Shown here: in pieces, positions 18,108 to 27,611 of the stretch | How the letters are laid out: the number at the start of each line of letters is the position of its first letter | Position numbering within the stretch: position 1 is the stretch's first letter | Assembly: GCA_963761335.1 (NCBI GenBank) | Contig: CAVXGR010000013.1 | Coordinates: forward strand, 128,001-192,000 | Length of the DNA stretch: 64,000 bases | Direction: 5' to 3' | From: an uncultured delta proteobacterium | GTDB taxonomy: Bacteria; Desulfobacterota; Binatia; HRBIN30; BPIQ01 | Notes under the pieces: generated by a model | Database searches by the model: none | What the model was told of the DNA's origin: nothing | Seen by the model: only the letters and a program-made list of their open reading frames with translations | Position numbers and translations under genes: made by a program

Positions 18108-19988
18108 ATGCGGGACACGCTGTACTCCTATCTCCTCGAGAGGCCGGCGGGCGCTTCGCCGCGCGAGCTCCTCGACCTGATCTTCACTCAACCGGGGACC
18201 GACGCCGAGTTCGGCACGCGCTTTCTGCGACTGCTGCTCGAGCCGGATCGCCGTTTCTTCTACCGGACCGGCGAGGATCGATGGATCGCGCGCGAGCACG
18301 AGACCCTGGCGACGCCGATCGAGGCGGCGCGCTTCGTCGTCGTCGATCTCGAGACCACCGGAGGGTCGGCGGGGACGGACGCGATTACAGAAATCGGCGC
18401 CGTGGCCCTGGTGGGCGGCAGGATCGAGGGGGAGTTCCAACAGCTGGTCCGACCCGCCGTCGCGGTACAGCCGTTCGTGGCCCGGCTCACGGGCATCACC
18501 GACGAGATGCTCGCCGATCAGCCGCCGCTGCGCGAGGTTCTGCCCCGCTTCCTCGATTTCGCCGGCGATGGCGTGCTGATCGCCCACAACGCCCGCTTCG
18601 ACATCGGCTTCCTCGACGCCGCGGCGCGCCGGCATCTCGGCCGGGCGTTGCACCAGCCGCATCTCTGCACCATCCGCCTGGCGCGCCGCCTGCTCCCCGC
18701 GGTGAAGCGGCGTTCTCTCGACTCGCTGGTCGGCCATTTCGGCCTGCTGGTGCGCGATCGCCATCGCGCCCTGCAGGACGCCCGCGCCACCGCCGATGTC
18801 TTTCTGGCGCTGATCGAACTCGGGCGCCGGCGCGGCGTTGCCCGGCTCGATCAGCTCCTCGATCTGCAGCACCAAGCGGTCGATGGGCGGCGCTTTGTCT
18901 GCCATCTACCGCCGGCTCGCGTTCAGGAGCTGCCCGCGGCTCCGGGCGTGTACCGCTTCCTGAGCGAGGACGGCCGGATTCTCTACGTCGGTCGCGCGGT
19001 CGACCTGCGGCAGCGTGTCGGCAGCTATCTGTACAACTCCAGCGGCCACAACGCCCGCACTCTCGACCTCATCCGCCACATCCGCAGCGTCGAGGTGACG
19101 CGCACCGGATCGGCGCTGTCGGCCGCCCTGCTCGAAGCCGAGCTGATCCGTTCGCTCAAGCCGCCGTACAACAAGCTCAGCAAGCACTTGCCGCGTCTGG
19201 CGTACCTCAAGCTCGGCAACGAAACGCCGTTCGCGCGGCTCTCCGTGGTCAACCGTCCCGGCAGTCAGCGGGCCCGCTTCTACGGTCCGTTTCGCAATCG
19301 CGCCGGTGCCGAGCGCGTGCGCGACGTGCTACTGCGGCTCTTCCAGCTGCGCAGCTGCTCGGGGCGCCTACAGCCCGATCCCGGCAAGGCACCGTGCTTT
19401 CTCGGACAGATCGACATGTGCGCAGCGCCGTGTGCGGCCGGCATCGACGCCGAGACGTACGAGGCGCGCACCGAGCAGCTGGTCACTCTGCTCGAGGGCG
19501 ACCCCGCCGCCGCCCGCGAAGAGCTCGTGCTCCGGCGCGAGGCGCACAGCGCGGCCCTCCGCTTCGAAGCGGCGGCGCGGGCCCAACGCGATCTCGAGAC
19601 CATCGAACGTTTCACGCGCCGCTCGCGGACCCTGGGATGGGTGGTTCGGCGACAGAGCTTTCTGGTGCTGCTGCCGTCGGTTCTCGGAGACGTCGAAATC
19701 TACATCGCCATCGCCGGCCGCCTGGTGCGACGAGCGACCTTGATGCGGCGAGAGGATCTCGAGGAGATCAGCGTCTGGCTCGCCGCAAACTGGGACAGCT
19801 GCCAGAGCCGCCGCGTGCAGCGCGAAGACGTCGAGGCAACGGCGATTCTCGCCGGCTGGATGCGGAGCCGCGGCGAGCGGGATGGACACCTCATCCCGCT
19901 CGCCGGGCCCGCCGTCGATACCGGCGAGCTAGCGCTTGTCTTCGACTCGATGCGAGCGCACGCGCCGCTGGCGTCGCAGGGCGAATGA
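18108..19988 (+). CDS. DEDD (DnaQ-like) 3'-5' exonuclease fused to UvrC-like GIY-YIG, Cys-cluster and UVR domains
   Basis: ExoI 'DLETTG', ExoII 'HNARFD', ExoIII 'HRALQD'; 'PGVYRF..LYVGRA..LRQRV'; 'C..PC.....MCAAPC'; 'LRFEAAAR'. Confidence 0.85.
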   Translation: MRDTLYSYLLERPAGASPRELLDLIFTQPGTDAEFGTRFLRLLLEPDRRFFYRTGEDRWIAREHETLATPIEAARFVVVDLETTGGSAGTDAITEIGAVALVGGRIEGEFQQLVRPAVAVQPFVARLTGITDEMLADQPPLREVLPRFLDFAGDGVLIAHNARFDIGFLDAAARRHLGRALHQPHLCTIRLARRLLPAVKRRSLDSLVGHFGLLVRDRHRALQDARATADVFLALIELGRRRGVARLDQLLDLQHQAVDGRRFVCHLPPARVQELPAAPGVYRFLSEDGRILYVGRAVDLRQRVGSYLYNSSGHNARTLDLIRHIRSVEVTRTGSALSAALLEAELIRSLKPPYNKLSKHLPRLAYLKLGNETPFARLSVVNRPGSQRARFYGPFRNRAGAERVRDVLLRLFQLRSCSGRLQPDPGKAPCFLGQIDMCAAPCAAGIDAETYEARTEQLVTLLEGDPAAAREELVLRREAHSAALRFEAAARAQRDLETIERFTRRSRTLGWVVRRQSFLVLLPSVLGDVEIYIAIAGRLVRRATLMRREDLEEISVWLAANWDSCQSRRVQREDVEATAILAGWMRSRGERDGHLIPLAGPAVDTGELALVFDSMRAHAPLASQGE

Positions 19989-22269
19989 CTCGCGCCGGGT
20001 GAGCAACCAGCCGACGGGCAACAGCAACAGCAAGCTCGCGCCGCCGCCGCTGGCGTCGCCGCCGATGGCGCAGCCACCGCCACGGGCGATCTGGCCGATC
20101 ACGCCCTGCGTCGGTCGCGGCGTGAAGGTACGCGTCGGCGAACGCTCGATCGGCGTACGCGTCGGCAGCGGCGTAAATGTCGGTACGTCCGACGTCGTCT
20201 GGCACTGCCCCTCGGATCCCGACAGGTTGCAGTGCTGGTTCGCCCCGTCACACCGTTCGTTGCAGCAAACCGCGTCGGCAGAGCAGAGGAGACCGCTGGC
20301 GCACTGGCCGTCGGCGACGCAGGCCTGCCCGCCGCCGCGGCCGGTGGGCAGGCAGTTCCCGGCTTGGCCACTGAGATTGCACATCTCATTGGCACCGTCA
20401 CAGGCGGCATTGCAGCAAACGCCGTCGGCGCAGAAATTCGAGGTGCACTGATCGGCACTGGTACACGGCTCACCGAGCGGCAGGCCCGAGCCGGTGGAGA
20501 CGCACGTGCCGCGCTGCGAGACGAGGCTACAGGTCTCATCGGCGCCGGTGCAGGCGGAGTCACAACAGACGCCGTCCTCCGCGGGGCAGAAGCCGGAGCT
20601 GCACTCCGTCGCCCCGGTGCAGCTCTCGCCGTTCGCCTTCTTGGACGGCGTGCCGGTGCGCGTCGGCGTTCTGGTCGCGGGGGCGGTCACCGGAGTGGCC
20701 GTGGCTCGCGGGGTGAGGCTCTGGGAGCAGGTACCCGCGGGGCTGGCGCAGGTCTCGGAGCTTCCGTCGCAACGGCTGTTGCAGCAGAAGCCGTCGGTGC
20801 AGAAGCTGGAGAGACATTCCTCGTCGATGGCGCAGGCGTCGCCGATCAGCTTGCCCACCTGCAGGCAGGTACCTTCCATGCCCGAGACGTCACAGCGCTC
20901 GTTCGCCCCGGTACACGGGCTGTCGCAGCACAGGCCCTCGGGGCTGCAGAAGAGCACGTCGGGCACAAGGGCGCAGTCATCGTTGGTGCTACACGCGCAG
21001 CCCTTCTGGTCGCAGCCTCCTCCAATGGGAGTCGGCGTTGGGGTTGGGCCGCCGCCCGTCGGGATGCGGGTCACCGTCGGCAACGGTGTGCCGAAGACAC
21101 TGTCGTTTCTCAGGATGCGGACGCTGGTCCCCCGGGTGGTTGCGATCACGAGATCTGGAAAATCGTCGTCGGTGAAGTGTCCGACTTGCAGGTAGCGAAT
21201 GGAATTTCCGAGTCGGTCCAATCTGAAGGGGCTCTGGTACGCGAAGTTGCCGAGCGATCCGGCGATGTCGACGGTGTCGTTGTCGAGCTGTCCCGCCGCA
21301 GGACTTCCGGGAAAGGAAAGGGCAACGGCAATGTCGGTATGGTTGTCGCGATCGAAATCGGCGGCCGCAACGGCGCGCAGAGAGCAGAGCTCCGAGCTGG
21401 TGCCCACCTGCGGATCGCAGAGAAACTGGATGTTGATCGGCGAGTCGAACAACCCGTTTCCCTGGTTGCGCAGGATCGCCACCTCCTTGCTCCCCTGATC
21501 TCCGGCCAGGATATCGGGAAGACCATCGTTATCCATGTCGCCGAGCGCCAGCTGCTGGGATCGCTTGCCGGTGATGAAGTTGGCGGTGCGCAGCAGGTTG
21601 TTGTTGTTCGAAAGAAAGACGGCGGCGTCGGCGCCGCGCCGGGTGTTCAGGGCGACGACATCGGGACGCCCATCTCCGTTGACGTCCATGGTGATCACCT
21701 GCTCCGGGTGCTTGCCAGAGGTGATCCGTTTCTCGTCGCTGAAGCTACCGTCGCTCATGCCGCGGTTGAGCAGCAGGCTGATATCCCCATTGCTTGGGTT
21801 GGAAACGACAAGATCGTCGCCGTTCGCCAGATCGAAGTCGCCGGCGGTGATCCCGCCGCCGGAGCAACAGCGTCGAATCTGGCGGATGGCCCCGAAGGTT
21901 CCGTCCCCGGCTCCGAAGATCACGTAAACGTCGCGACCACCGCTGGTCACGGCGATGTCCTGATTGCCGTCCCGGTTGAAATCACCGGCGGCGATATCGC
22001 GATATGACTTGCCTATGCGGATGGTGGATACGGCTTGGCTGAACTCGCCGTCCGGTCCAACCAGCAGGATCGATACCTTGTTACTTCCCCGGCTAGCCAC
22101 CGCGACGTCGTCGATGCCGTCATTGTTGAAGTCCGCAACCGCTAGGCCCTGCGCGATGCTTCGGCACTTCAATCGGCGTGAGGGGAGTGAAAGCAATCAC
22201 CGCCAAGGCAGCCCCTCGAAAAAAAATGAGCGCCCCAAGGGTCGTCAATACCAGTCTACTCGATCGCAT
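19929..22269 (-). CDS. FG-GAP repeat surface protein with five 8-Cys repeats and MYXO-CTERM-like anchor; signal peptide separated by a frameshift near 22160
   Basis: Repeated 'DFNxDGxxD'; Cys repeats; C-terminus 'RGGGCAIGG...LLLLLPVGWLLTRR'; SD plus ATG 22269 encodes a signal peptide in another frame. Confidence 0.75.
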
Positions 22270-22449
22270 GCCTCTTCCTTCTCCTTACCAAATCCATCTT
22301 CTGCCGCCGGCCCCCGGGCGACGAGAGACAGATGAGAGCACCTCACTTTCGCCTGGACGACTGATATTTGTCAAATAGAAATCCATCTCAACGAGGCTTT
22401 TGGCGACCGCCGGCCACTGCTGAAAAGCTGAAGTCGCGCAGGGGGTTGC

Positions 22450-22465
22450 GATGCCGCAAGGCATC
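22450..22465. terminator. Hairpin immediately after the glpK stop
   Basis: GATGCC-GCAA-GGCATC perfect 6-bp stem; no clear U tract. Confidence 0.3.
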
Positions 22466-23938
22466 TCAATCGCAGCCGGCGCCACGCGACAGAGCAAGGT
22501 GCGCACGCCAGTCGAGGAGGCGGCGCCGGCGCTGCTCGCGGCGCTCCCCGGGCTCGAAGCGCCTCCCCAGACGCCACGCCTGGCGCAGGTCTTCAATACC
22601 GATCCAGACTCCGGCCGCCAAGCCGGCGAGATACGCGGCGCCGAGCGCCGTCGCCTGTACGGTTGCCGGCCGCTCAACCGGGACGTCGAGGACGTCGGCG
22701 AGCGCCTGCATGAGGAAATCATTGGCTGCGGCACCACCGTCGGCGCGCAGTTCCGCCGGCATGGGCTGCCCCGCGGCCCCGAGCAGGGTCTCGACCACCT
22801 CGGTGCAGCGGAAGGCGATGCCCTCGAGGACGGCGTGCACGAGGTGAGCGCGCGAGGTGCCGCGCGACAGCCCGCCGATCACCGCCCGCGCCCGCGGATC
22901 CATGTGCGGCGTGCCGAGCCCCTGAAAAGCGGGGACCGCCCAAGCGCCGCCTGGATCGGTGACCTGCTCCGCCAGCCCCGCAGACTCGGCGGCGTCGGCA
23001 ATGATGCCCAATCCGTCCCGCAACCACTGAACCGCGGCTCCGGCGGTAATTGCCGTCCCCTCGAGGCAGAAGACGCGCTGCCCGCGCACCGCCGAGAGGA
23101 CCAGTGGGTACGTCCCGCGAGCCGGCGGCAACAGCTGGGCGCCCGTGTTGATGTCGGCCATGGCCGAGGTGCCGAAGGTGATCTTGACGTCCCCGGGCGA
23201 GAGGCGCAGCTGGCCGAACATCGCCGCCTGCTGATCGCCCGCCACCGCCGCCACCGGCGCCGTAAAGCCGCAGGTCGCCACCGACGTCTCACCGTACACG
23301 GCGCTGGAAGGCGCGAGACGCGGCAGGAGCGAGGGCGGGATCTCGAGCATATCCAGGGCGCCGCCATCCCACGCATCGGCGACAAAGTCGTACAGACCGG
23401 TGCACGAGGCGTTGGAGGAGTCGGTCATGTGCACCTCGCCTCCGGTGAGATTCCACACGAGCCACGAATCGATCGTGCCGAAGCACAGCTCGCCCCGGCG
23501 GGCGCGCTCGGCGGCGCCGGGTACGGTGCGCAGCAGCCACTCGAGCTTGGTGGCCGACGCCATCGTGCTGGCGAACACGCCCCGGTCGAGGAGCTCGGTC
23601 ACCCGGCCCGCCGTGCGCGTATCCTGCCAGACGATTGCTGGATGGAGCGCCTGACCGCTGCGGCGCTCCCAGAGGACCGTGGTGGCGCGCTGGTTGGCGA
23701 CGCCGACGGCGGCGAGCCTCACCTCTCCGAGGGCCTCGCGGGCGCGCCCGACGGCGCCTTCCACCACCCGCCGCGTCGCCCGCCACACCGCGGCCGCATC
23801 GCACTCGACCCACCCGGGACGCGGATAGGAGATCGCCAGCTCCTCATAGGCGCCGCCGTGCTCGACGCTCTCCCCGTCGAACACCAGAGCGCGAACCCCG
23901 GTGGTGCCCGCGTCGATGGCGAGAACGAGCGGACGCAT
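22466..23938 (-). CDS. glpK: Glycerol kinase (FGGY family)
   Basis: 'IDAGTTG', 'NQRATT', 'AIVWQDTRT', 'FGTIDSWL', 'GDQQAAMFGQ', 'DGGAAANDFLMQ'. Confidence 0.85.
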   Translation of the reverse strand: MRPLVLAIDAGTTGVRALVFDGESVEHGGAYEELAISYPRPGWVECDAAAVWRATRRVVEGAVGRAREALGEVRLAAVGVANQRATTVLWERRSGQALHPAIVWQDTRTAGRVTELLDRGVFASTMASATKLEWLLRTVPGAAERARRGELCFGTIDSWLVWNLTGGEVHMTDSSNASCTGLYDFVADAWDGGALDMLEIPPSLLPRLAPSSAVYGETSVATCGFTAPVAAVAGDQQAAMFGQLRLSPGDVKITFGTSAMADINTGAQLLPPARGTYPLVLSAVRGQRVFCLEGTAITAGAAVQWLRDGLGIIADAAESAGLAEQVTDPGGAWAVPAFQGLGTPHMDPRARAVIGGLSRGTSRAHLVHAVLEGIAFRCTEVVETLLGAAGQPMPAELRADGGAAANDFLMQALADVLDVPVERPATVQATALGAAYLAGLAAGVWIGIEDLRQAWRLGRRFEPGERREQRRRRLLDWRAHLALSRGAGCD

Positions 23939-23941
23939 ACT

Positions 23942-25348
23942 TCAAGAGGGCAACAGGACTCCGGGGTTGAGAATTCCCTTGGGATCGAGGGCGCGCTTGA
24001 GCGCCTGCAGGACGGCGAGCCCCGCCCCGTGCTCTTGGCGCATCCACTCACGGCGGATGCGCCCAACGCCGTGGTGGTGAGCGATGGTTCCGCCATGGGC
24101 CAGAGTCTCGCGCATGGTCGTATGCCAGCAGCGCAGGTACAGCGCCTCGGCGTCCTTCGGTTCCTCCGGCTTGGCCACGAAGGTGAAGTAGATATTGGTG
24201 CCGGTGGGATAGGAGTGGGAGCTGTGGCCGGAGGCCGCGAGCACCCCGGGTGTACCATTGAGGGCGGCGACGACGGCCTGATAGACGCCGCCGATGCGGC
24301 CCCACGGGGCCGCGACCTCGATGGTGTCGAGCACCAGGCCGCGCTCGAGAAAGGGCTCGAACCCGGGAACCGCATTGCGGTGCTGCAGCCACTGCTGCAC
24401 GGGGCCGGTGCCCAGCGCAACACCGCCGCGCGACTCGCAGATCGCGCCGCAGGCGGCGATCTCGACGGCGGTGAGGCTCTCGGGGCCCTCGGACACCAGC
24501 AGCAAAAGGGCGCCGAGATCGTCGCCGATGTCGCTGAAATTGCGCGATGTCTCCGCGGGATCATAGAGCCGCACCACCGGCGGGCGCCAACCCTCCCGCA
24601 CCATCTGGCGAATCGCCTCCAGGCCGGAATCCATGTCCGCAAATCGGTAGGCAGCCAGCCGCTGCGACGGCGGCAGCGGGTGCAGCTGGAGGGTGACCTC
24701 GGTCACGATGCCGAGGGTACCTTCGGAGCCGAGGAATATCTGGCGCAGATCGGGACCGGTGGAAGCGCGCGGCACCTCCCGCGTCTGCACTACCGTGCCG
24801 TCCGCGAGGACCACTTCGAGGGCGACGAGGATGTCTTCAATGGAGCCGTAGCGCGTCGAGAACTGCCCGGCAGAGCGCGTCGCCACCCAGCCGCCGACAG
24901 TGGAGATGTCGATCGACTGCGGGAAATGCCCGGCGGAGAAGCCGTGCCCCTGGAGCTTGGCCTCCAACGTGTTGCCCATCATCCCCGCCTGGACACGCGC
25001 CAGCAGCGCCTGCGGATTGAGGGAGACAAGCCGATCCATGTTGCGGAGATCGACGACGATCGAGCCATCCTCCGGCAGCACGCCGCCGCAGACTCCCGAG
25101 CCGGCGCCATAGGGCACCACCGCGATCTGCTTGTCGCTGGCGTAGCGGAGCAGCTCGCTCACCTGCCCCGTCTCACTCGGCGATACAACGCACGCCGGCC
25201 GAGCCGTGATCTCGCCGCGCATCAGGCGCAGGCGCGAGAGCGACCAGGTGTCGTAGCTGTGCGCGCTGAGAACACCCTCTTCCCAGCTCACCGCCTCGTT
25301 TCCCAGAAGGGAGACCAGATCGCGGCGCACCGCGTCTCGCTCAACCAT
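23942..25348 (-). CDS. FAD-linked oxidase, alkyl-dihydroxyacetonephosphate synthase-like
   Basis: 'VVPYGAGSGVCGG', 'GHFPQS...STVGGWVATRSAGQFSTRYGSIED', 'GSEGTLG', C-terminal 'HHHGVG'. Confidence 0.8.
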   Translation of the reverse strand: MVERDAVRRDLVSLLGNEAVSWEEGVLSAHSYDTWSLSRLRLMRGEITARPACVVSPSETGQVSELLRYASDKQIAVVPYGAGSGVCGGVLPEDGSIVVDLRNMDRLVSLNPQALLARVQAGMMGNTLEAKLQGHGFSAGHFPQSIDISTVGGWVATRSAGQFSTRYGSIEDILVALEVVLADGTVVQTREVPRASTGPDLRQIFLGSEGTLGIVTEVTLQLHPLPPSQRLAAYRFADMDSGLEAIRQMVREGWRPPVVRLYDPAETSRNFSDIGDDLGALLLLVSEGPESLTAVEIAACGAICESRGGVALGTGPVQQWLQHRNAVPGFEPFLERGLVLDTIEVAAPWGRIGGVYQAVVAALNGTPGVLAASGHSSHSYPTGTNIYFTFVAKPEEPKDAEALYLRCWHTTMRETLAHGGTIAHHHGVGRIRREWMRQEHGAGLAVLQALKRALDPKGILNPGVLLPS

Positions 25349-27017
25349 GCGCCGCCTGTGCCGGCTCGGCGGCGGCCGCAAAGGCCTTCGTGCTCTGCAC
25401 GTGCGCCTCGTACTGGGTCACCTCTTGCTGAATGCGGTCGGCATCCCAGTCGAGCATCCTGCCCATGATGGCGGCCACTGCCGCGGCGACCGGGACACCG
25501 TTCTCCGGGTCCCACAGGAAGAGCCGCGTGCGCCGCTCGAGCACATCCTCGACGGTGGCGGCGAACTCCTCGCGGACGACGTACTCGACCTCGGCCTGAG
25601 TGAGTGCGGAGTCGGGGGCCAGCCGCTTTCCTCGCTGCGGATCAGCGGCGATTCCCTGGACGATGCGCTCGGCGTTCGACCCGTAGAGCTCGACGAGCCG
25701 CTCGACGACGTCCGCCGGCACTGATGGCCACTTCGCCGCGAGTCGTTCCGCGAAGGCGGCGACGTCGGCGCCGGTGTCGCCACCGCTGAGCAGGTCCGTA
25801 TCGCTGGACCCTTTCGCGGTGGGCGCCGCGGCGCCCGGCTCCTTCAAGCGCTCGACCACCATGTCGACGACCCGCTCGGCCATGCGGCGGAAGGTGGTGA
25901 GCTTGCCGCCGGCCACGGAGATGAGGCCGGCCGGGCTCACCATGATCTCGTCCTTGCGCGACAGCTCGGTCGGCTTCTTGCCTTCCTCGTGCAACAAGGG
26001 CCGCAGACCGGCCCAGGCGCCGGTCACCTCGTCGAGGCGGATCGGCGGCACGTCGAAGGTGCGCTCCACCGCCTCCAACAGATAGAGGGCGTCCTCCTCG
26101 GTGACCACGGGGTTGTCGAGGGGACCATCGTAGTCGGTGTCGGTGGTTCCCAGATAGACCACCGGCCCCCGCGGGATGACGAAGACGGCCCGCCGGTCGC
26201 GGGCCAGCATCACCACGATGTGGGAGATCGGCAGGCGCTCGTGGCGCAGGAGCACGTGAATGCCCTTGGTGAGGTGCAGGCGGCTTTGCTCGTTGCCGCC
26301 GAGGAGACGCACAGCGTCCACCCAGGGACCGGCGGCATTGACCACCGTCCGGGCACGCACCTGGAACACTTGATCCCCGAGCGCGTCGGTCACCTCGGCG
26401 CCGGTGACGCGGCCATCCTCGACGAGCAGGTCGGTAACCGCCGCGTAATTCAGCACCGTAGCCCCCAGCGCCGCGGCGCGCTTCATGGTGGCGACCACCA
26501 GACGCGCATCGTCCGTCAGGTACTCGTAATACATGCCGGCGCCGTACAGGTGCTCGCCGCGGAGGAGCGGCTCGGCTGCCAGCGTCTGGTCGCGGTCGAG
26601 CATGCGATAACGCTCATCTTCGTTCACCCGCGCCATGCGGTCGTAGGTCCAGAGGCCGACACTCAGCTTGGCGTAGCCGCCGCGCGATGACACCGGCACC
26701 AGCATGTGGGCGGGACGCGCCAGGTATGGAGCCACCTTGCGAACGGCCCGGCGTTCACTCGCCGCCTCGATCACCAGGCCCACGTCGCCCTGCTGGAGAT
26801 AGCGCACGCCGCCGTGGATGAGCTTGGACGAGCGGCTGCTGGTCCCGCAGGCGAAGTCGCGCCGCTCCACCAGCGCAACATCGAGGCCGCGCAGAACGGC
26901 GTCGCGGGCCACACCGGCGCCGGTGATTCCGCCGCCGATCACCAGCAAGTCGAAGGTCTTCCCCCCGAGGCGCGCCAGGATCTCGGGGCGCGCCCGTTGC
27001 GAGAATTCACCTGACAT
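25341..27017 (-). CDS. glpD: FAD-dependent glycerol-3-phosphate dehydrogenase
   Basis: 'IGGGITGAG', 'GTSSRSSKLIHGGVRYL', 'DDARL', 'GGKLTTFRRMAE'. Confidence 0.9.
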   Translation of the reverse strand: MSGEFSQRARPEILARLGGKTFDLLVIGGGITGAGVARDAVLRGLDVALVERRDFACGTSSRSSKLIHGGVRYLQQGDVGLVIEAASERRAVRKVAPYLARPAHMLVPVSSRGGYAKLSVGLWTYDRMARVNEDERYRMLDRDQTLAAEPLLRGEHLYGAGMYYEYLTDDARLVVATMKRAAALGATVLNYAAVTDLLVEDGRVTGAEVTDALGDQVFQVRARTVVNAAGPWVDAVRLLGGNEQSRLHLTKGIHVLLRHERLPISHIVVMLARDRRAVFVIPRGPVVYLGTTDTDYDGPLDNPVVTEEDALYLLEAVERTFDVPPIRLDEVTGAWAGLRPLLHEEGKKPTELSRKDEIMVSPAGLISVAGGKLTTFRRMAERVVDMVVERLKEPGAAAPTAKGSSDTDLLSGGDTGADVAAFAERLAAKWPSVPADVVERLVELYGSNAERIVQGIAADPQRGKRLAPDSALTQAEVEYVVREEFAATVEDVLERRTRLFLWDPENGVPVAAAVAAIMGRMLDWDADRIQQEVTQYEAHVQSTKAFAAAAEPAQAAHG

Positions 27018-27142
27018 GGTTCACCGATCCCCCTCGAGCGCTAGAACAACGGCCCACATTCCACTGCGCCCCGCCGTTTGTCAACGCGCTTGGAGGCCCG
27101 TGAAGAGAGGTGGGCCCGACCGGCCCCGCCCCCACCGCCGGC

Positions 27143-27182
27143 TGACGCAGCGCATTGACAAAATGACGCAGTGTGTTAAAGT
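27143..27182 (+). promoter_or_regulatory. Sigma70 promoter with two flanking TGACGCAG boxes
   Basis: TTGACA (27155-27160)-N16-TAAAGT (27177-27182); TGACGCAG at 27143 and 27164. Confidence 0.55.
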
Positions 27183-27206
27183 ACCCGGTAGGTACAGGAG
27201 GGTTTG

Positions 27207-27611
27207 ATGGCAACCAAACGGAAGAAGAAGGAGACGGTGGCGTCCCGCGTTGAGACCGGCATCCGCCAGGCGCGCAAAGAGGCGACCACACTGTTGCGGA
27301 CGGCCCGCAAGCGCGTCGACGCGGTGCTTCCGGCGGCGCAGAAGAAGCAGATCTCGCAGCTGGAGAGCCGCATCGAGAAGATGCGCAAGGAGCTCGACCG
27401 CAGCCGCACGCGGGCGCTCAAGGAGGCCGAGCATCGTATGCGTCAGCTGATCGGCAATGTCGAAGACCGGGCGGTGAAGCTGGTAAAGCCGGTGATCAGC
27501 CGCTTGGATCTGGCGACCAAATCGGATGTTGACCGCCTGCGCAAGCGCATCAGTGACTTGGAGATGCGCGTCCACAAGACGGTCAGCACGGCCCACACTA
27601 GCGCCGCCTGA
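27207..27611 (+). CDS. Basic coiled-coil protein, phasin/PhaF-like
   Basis: AGGAGG SD; amphipathic helices; 'LDLATKSDVDRLRKRISDLE' tail. Confidence 0.55.
   Translation: MATKRKKKETVASRVETGIRQARKEATTLLRTARKRVDAVLPAAQKKQISQLESRIEKMRKELDRSRTRALKEAEHRMRQLIGNVEDRAVKLVKPVISRLDLATKSDVDRLRKRISDLEMRVHKTVSTAHTSAA

Noticed and set aside
22219..22226. A8/T8 tract as a phase-variation switch
   Set aside because: Changing the tract length runs into an in-frame TGA before the main ORF.
22451..25468. 1005-aa plus-strand ORF
   Set aside because: Antisense shadow of glpK and the FAD oxidase; no motifs; typical of high-GC DNA.
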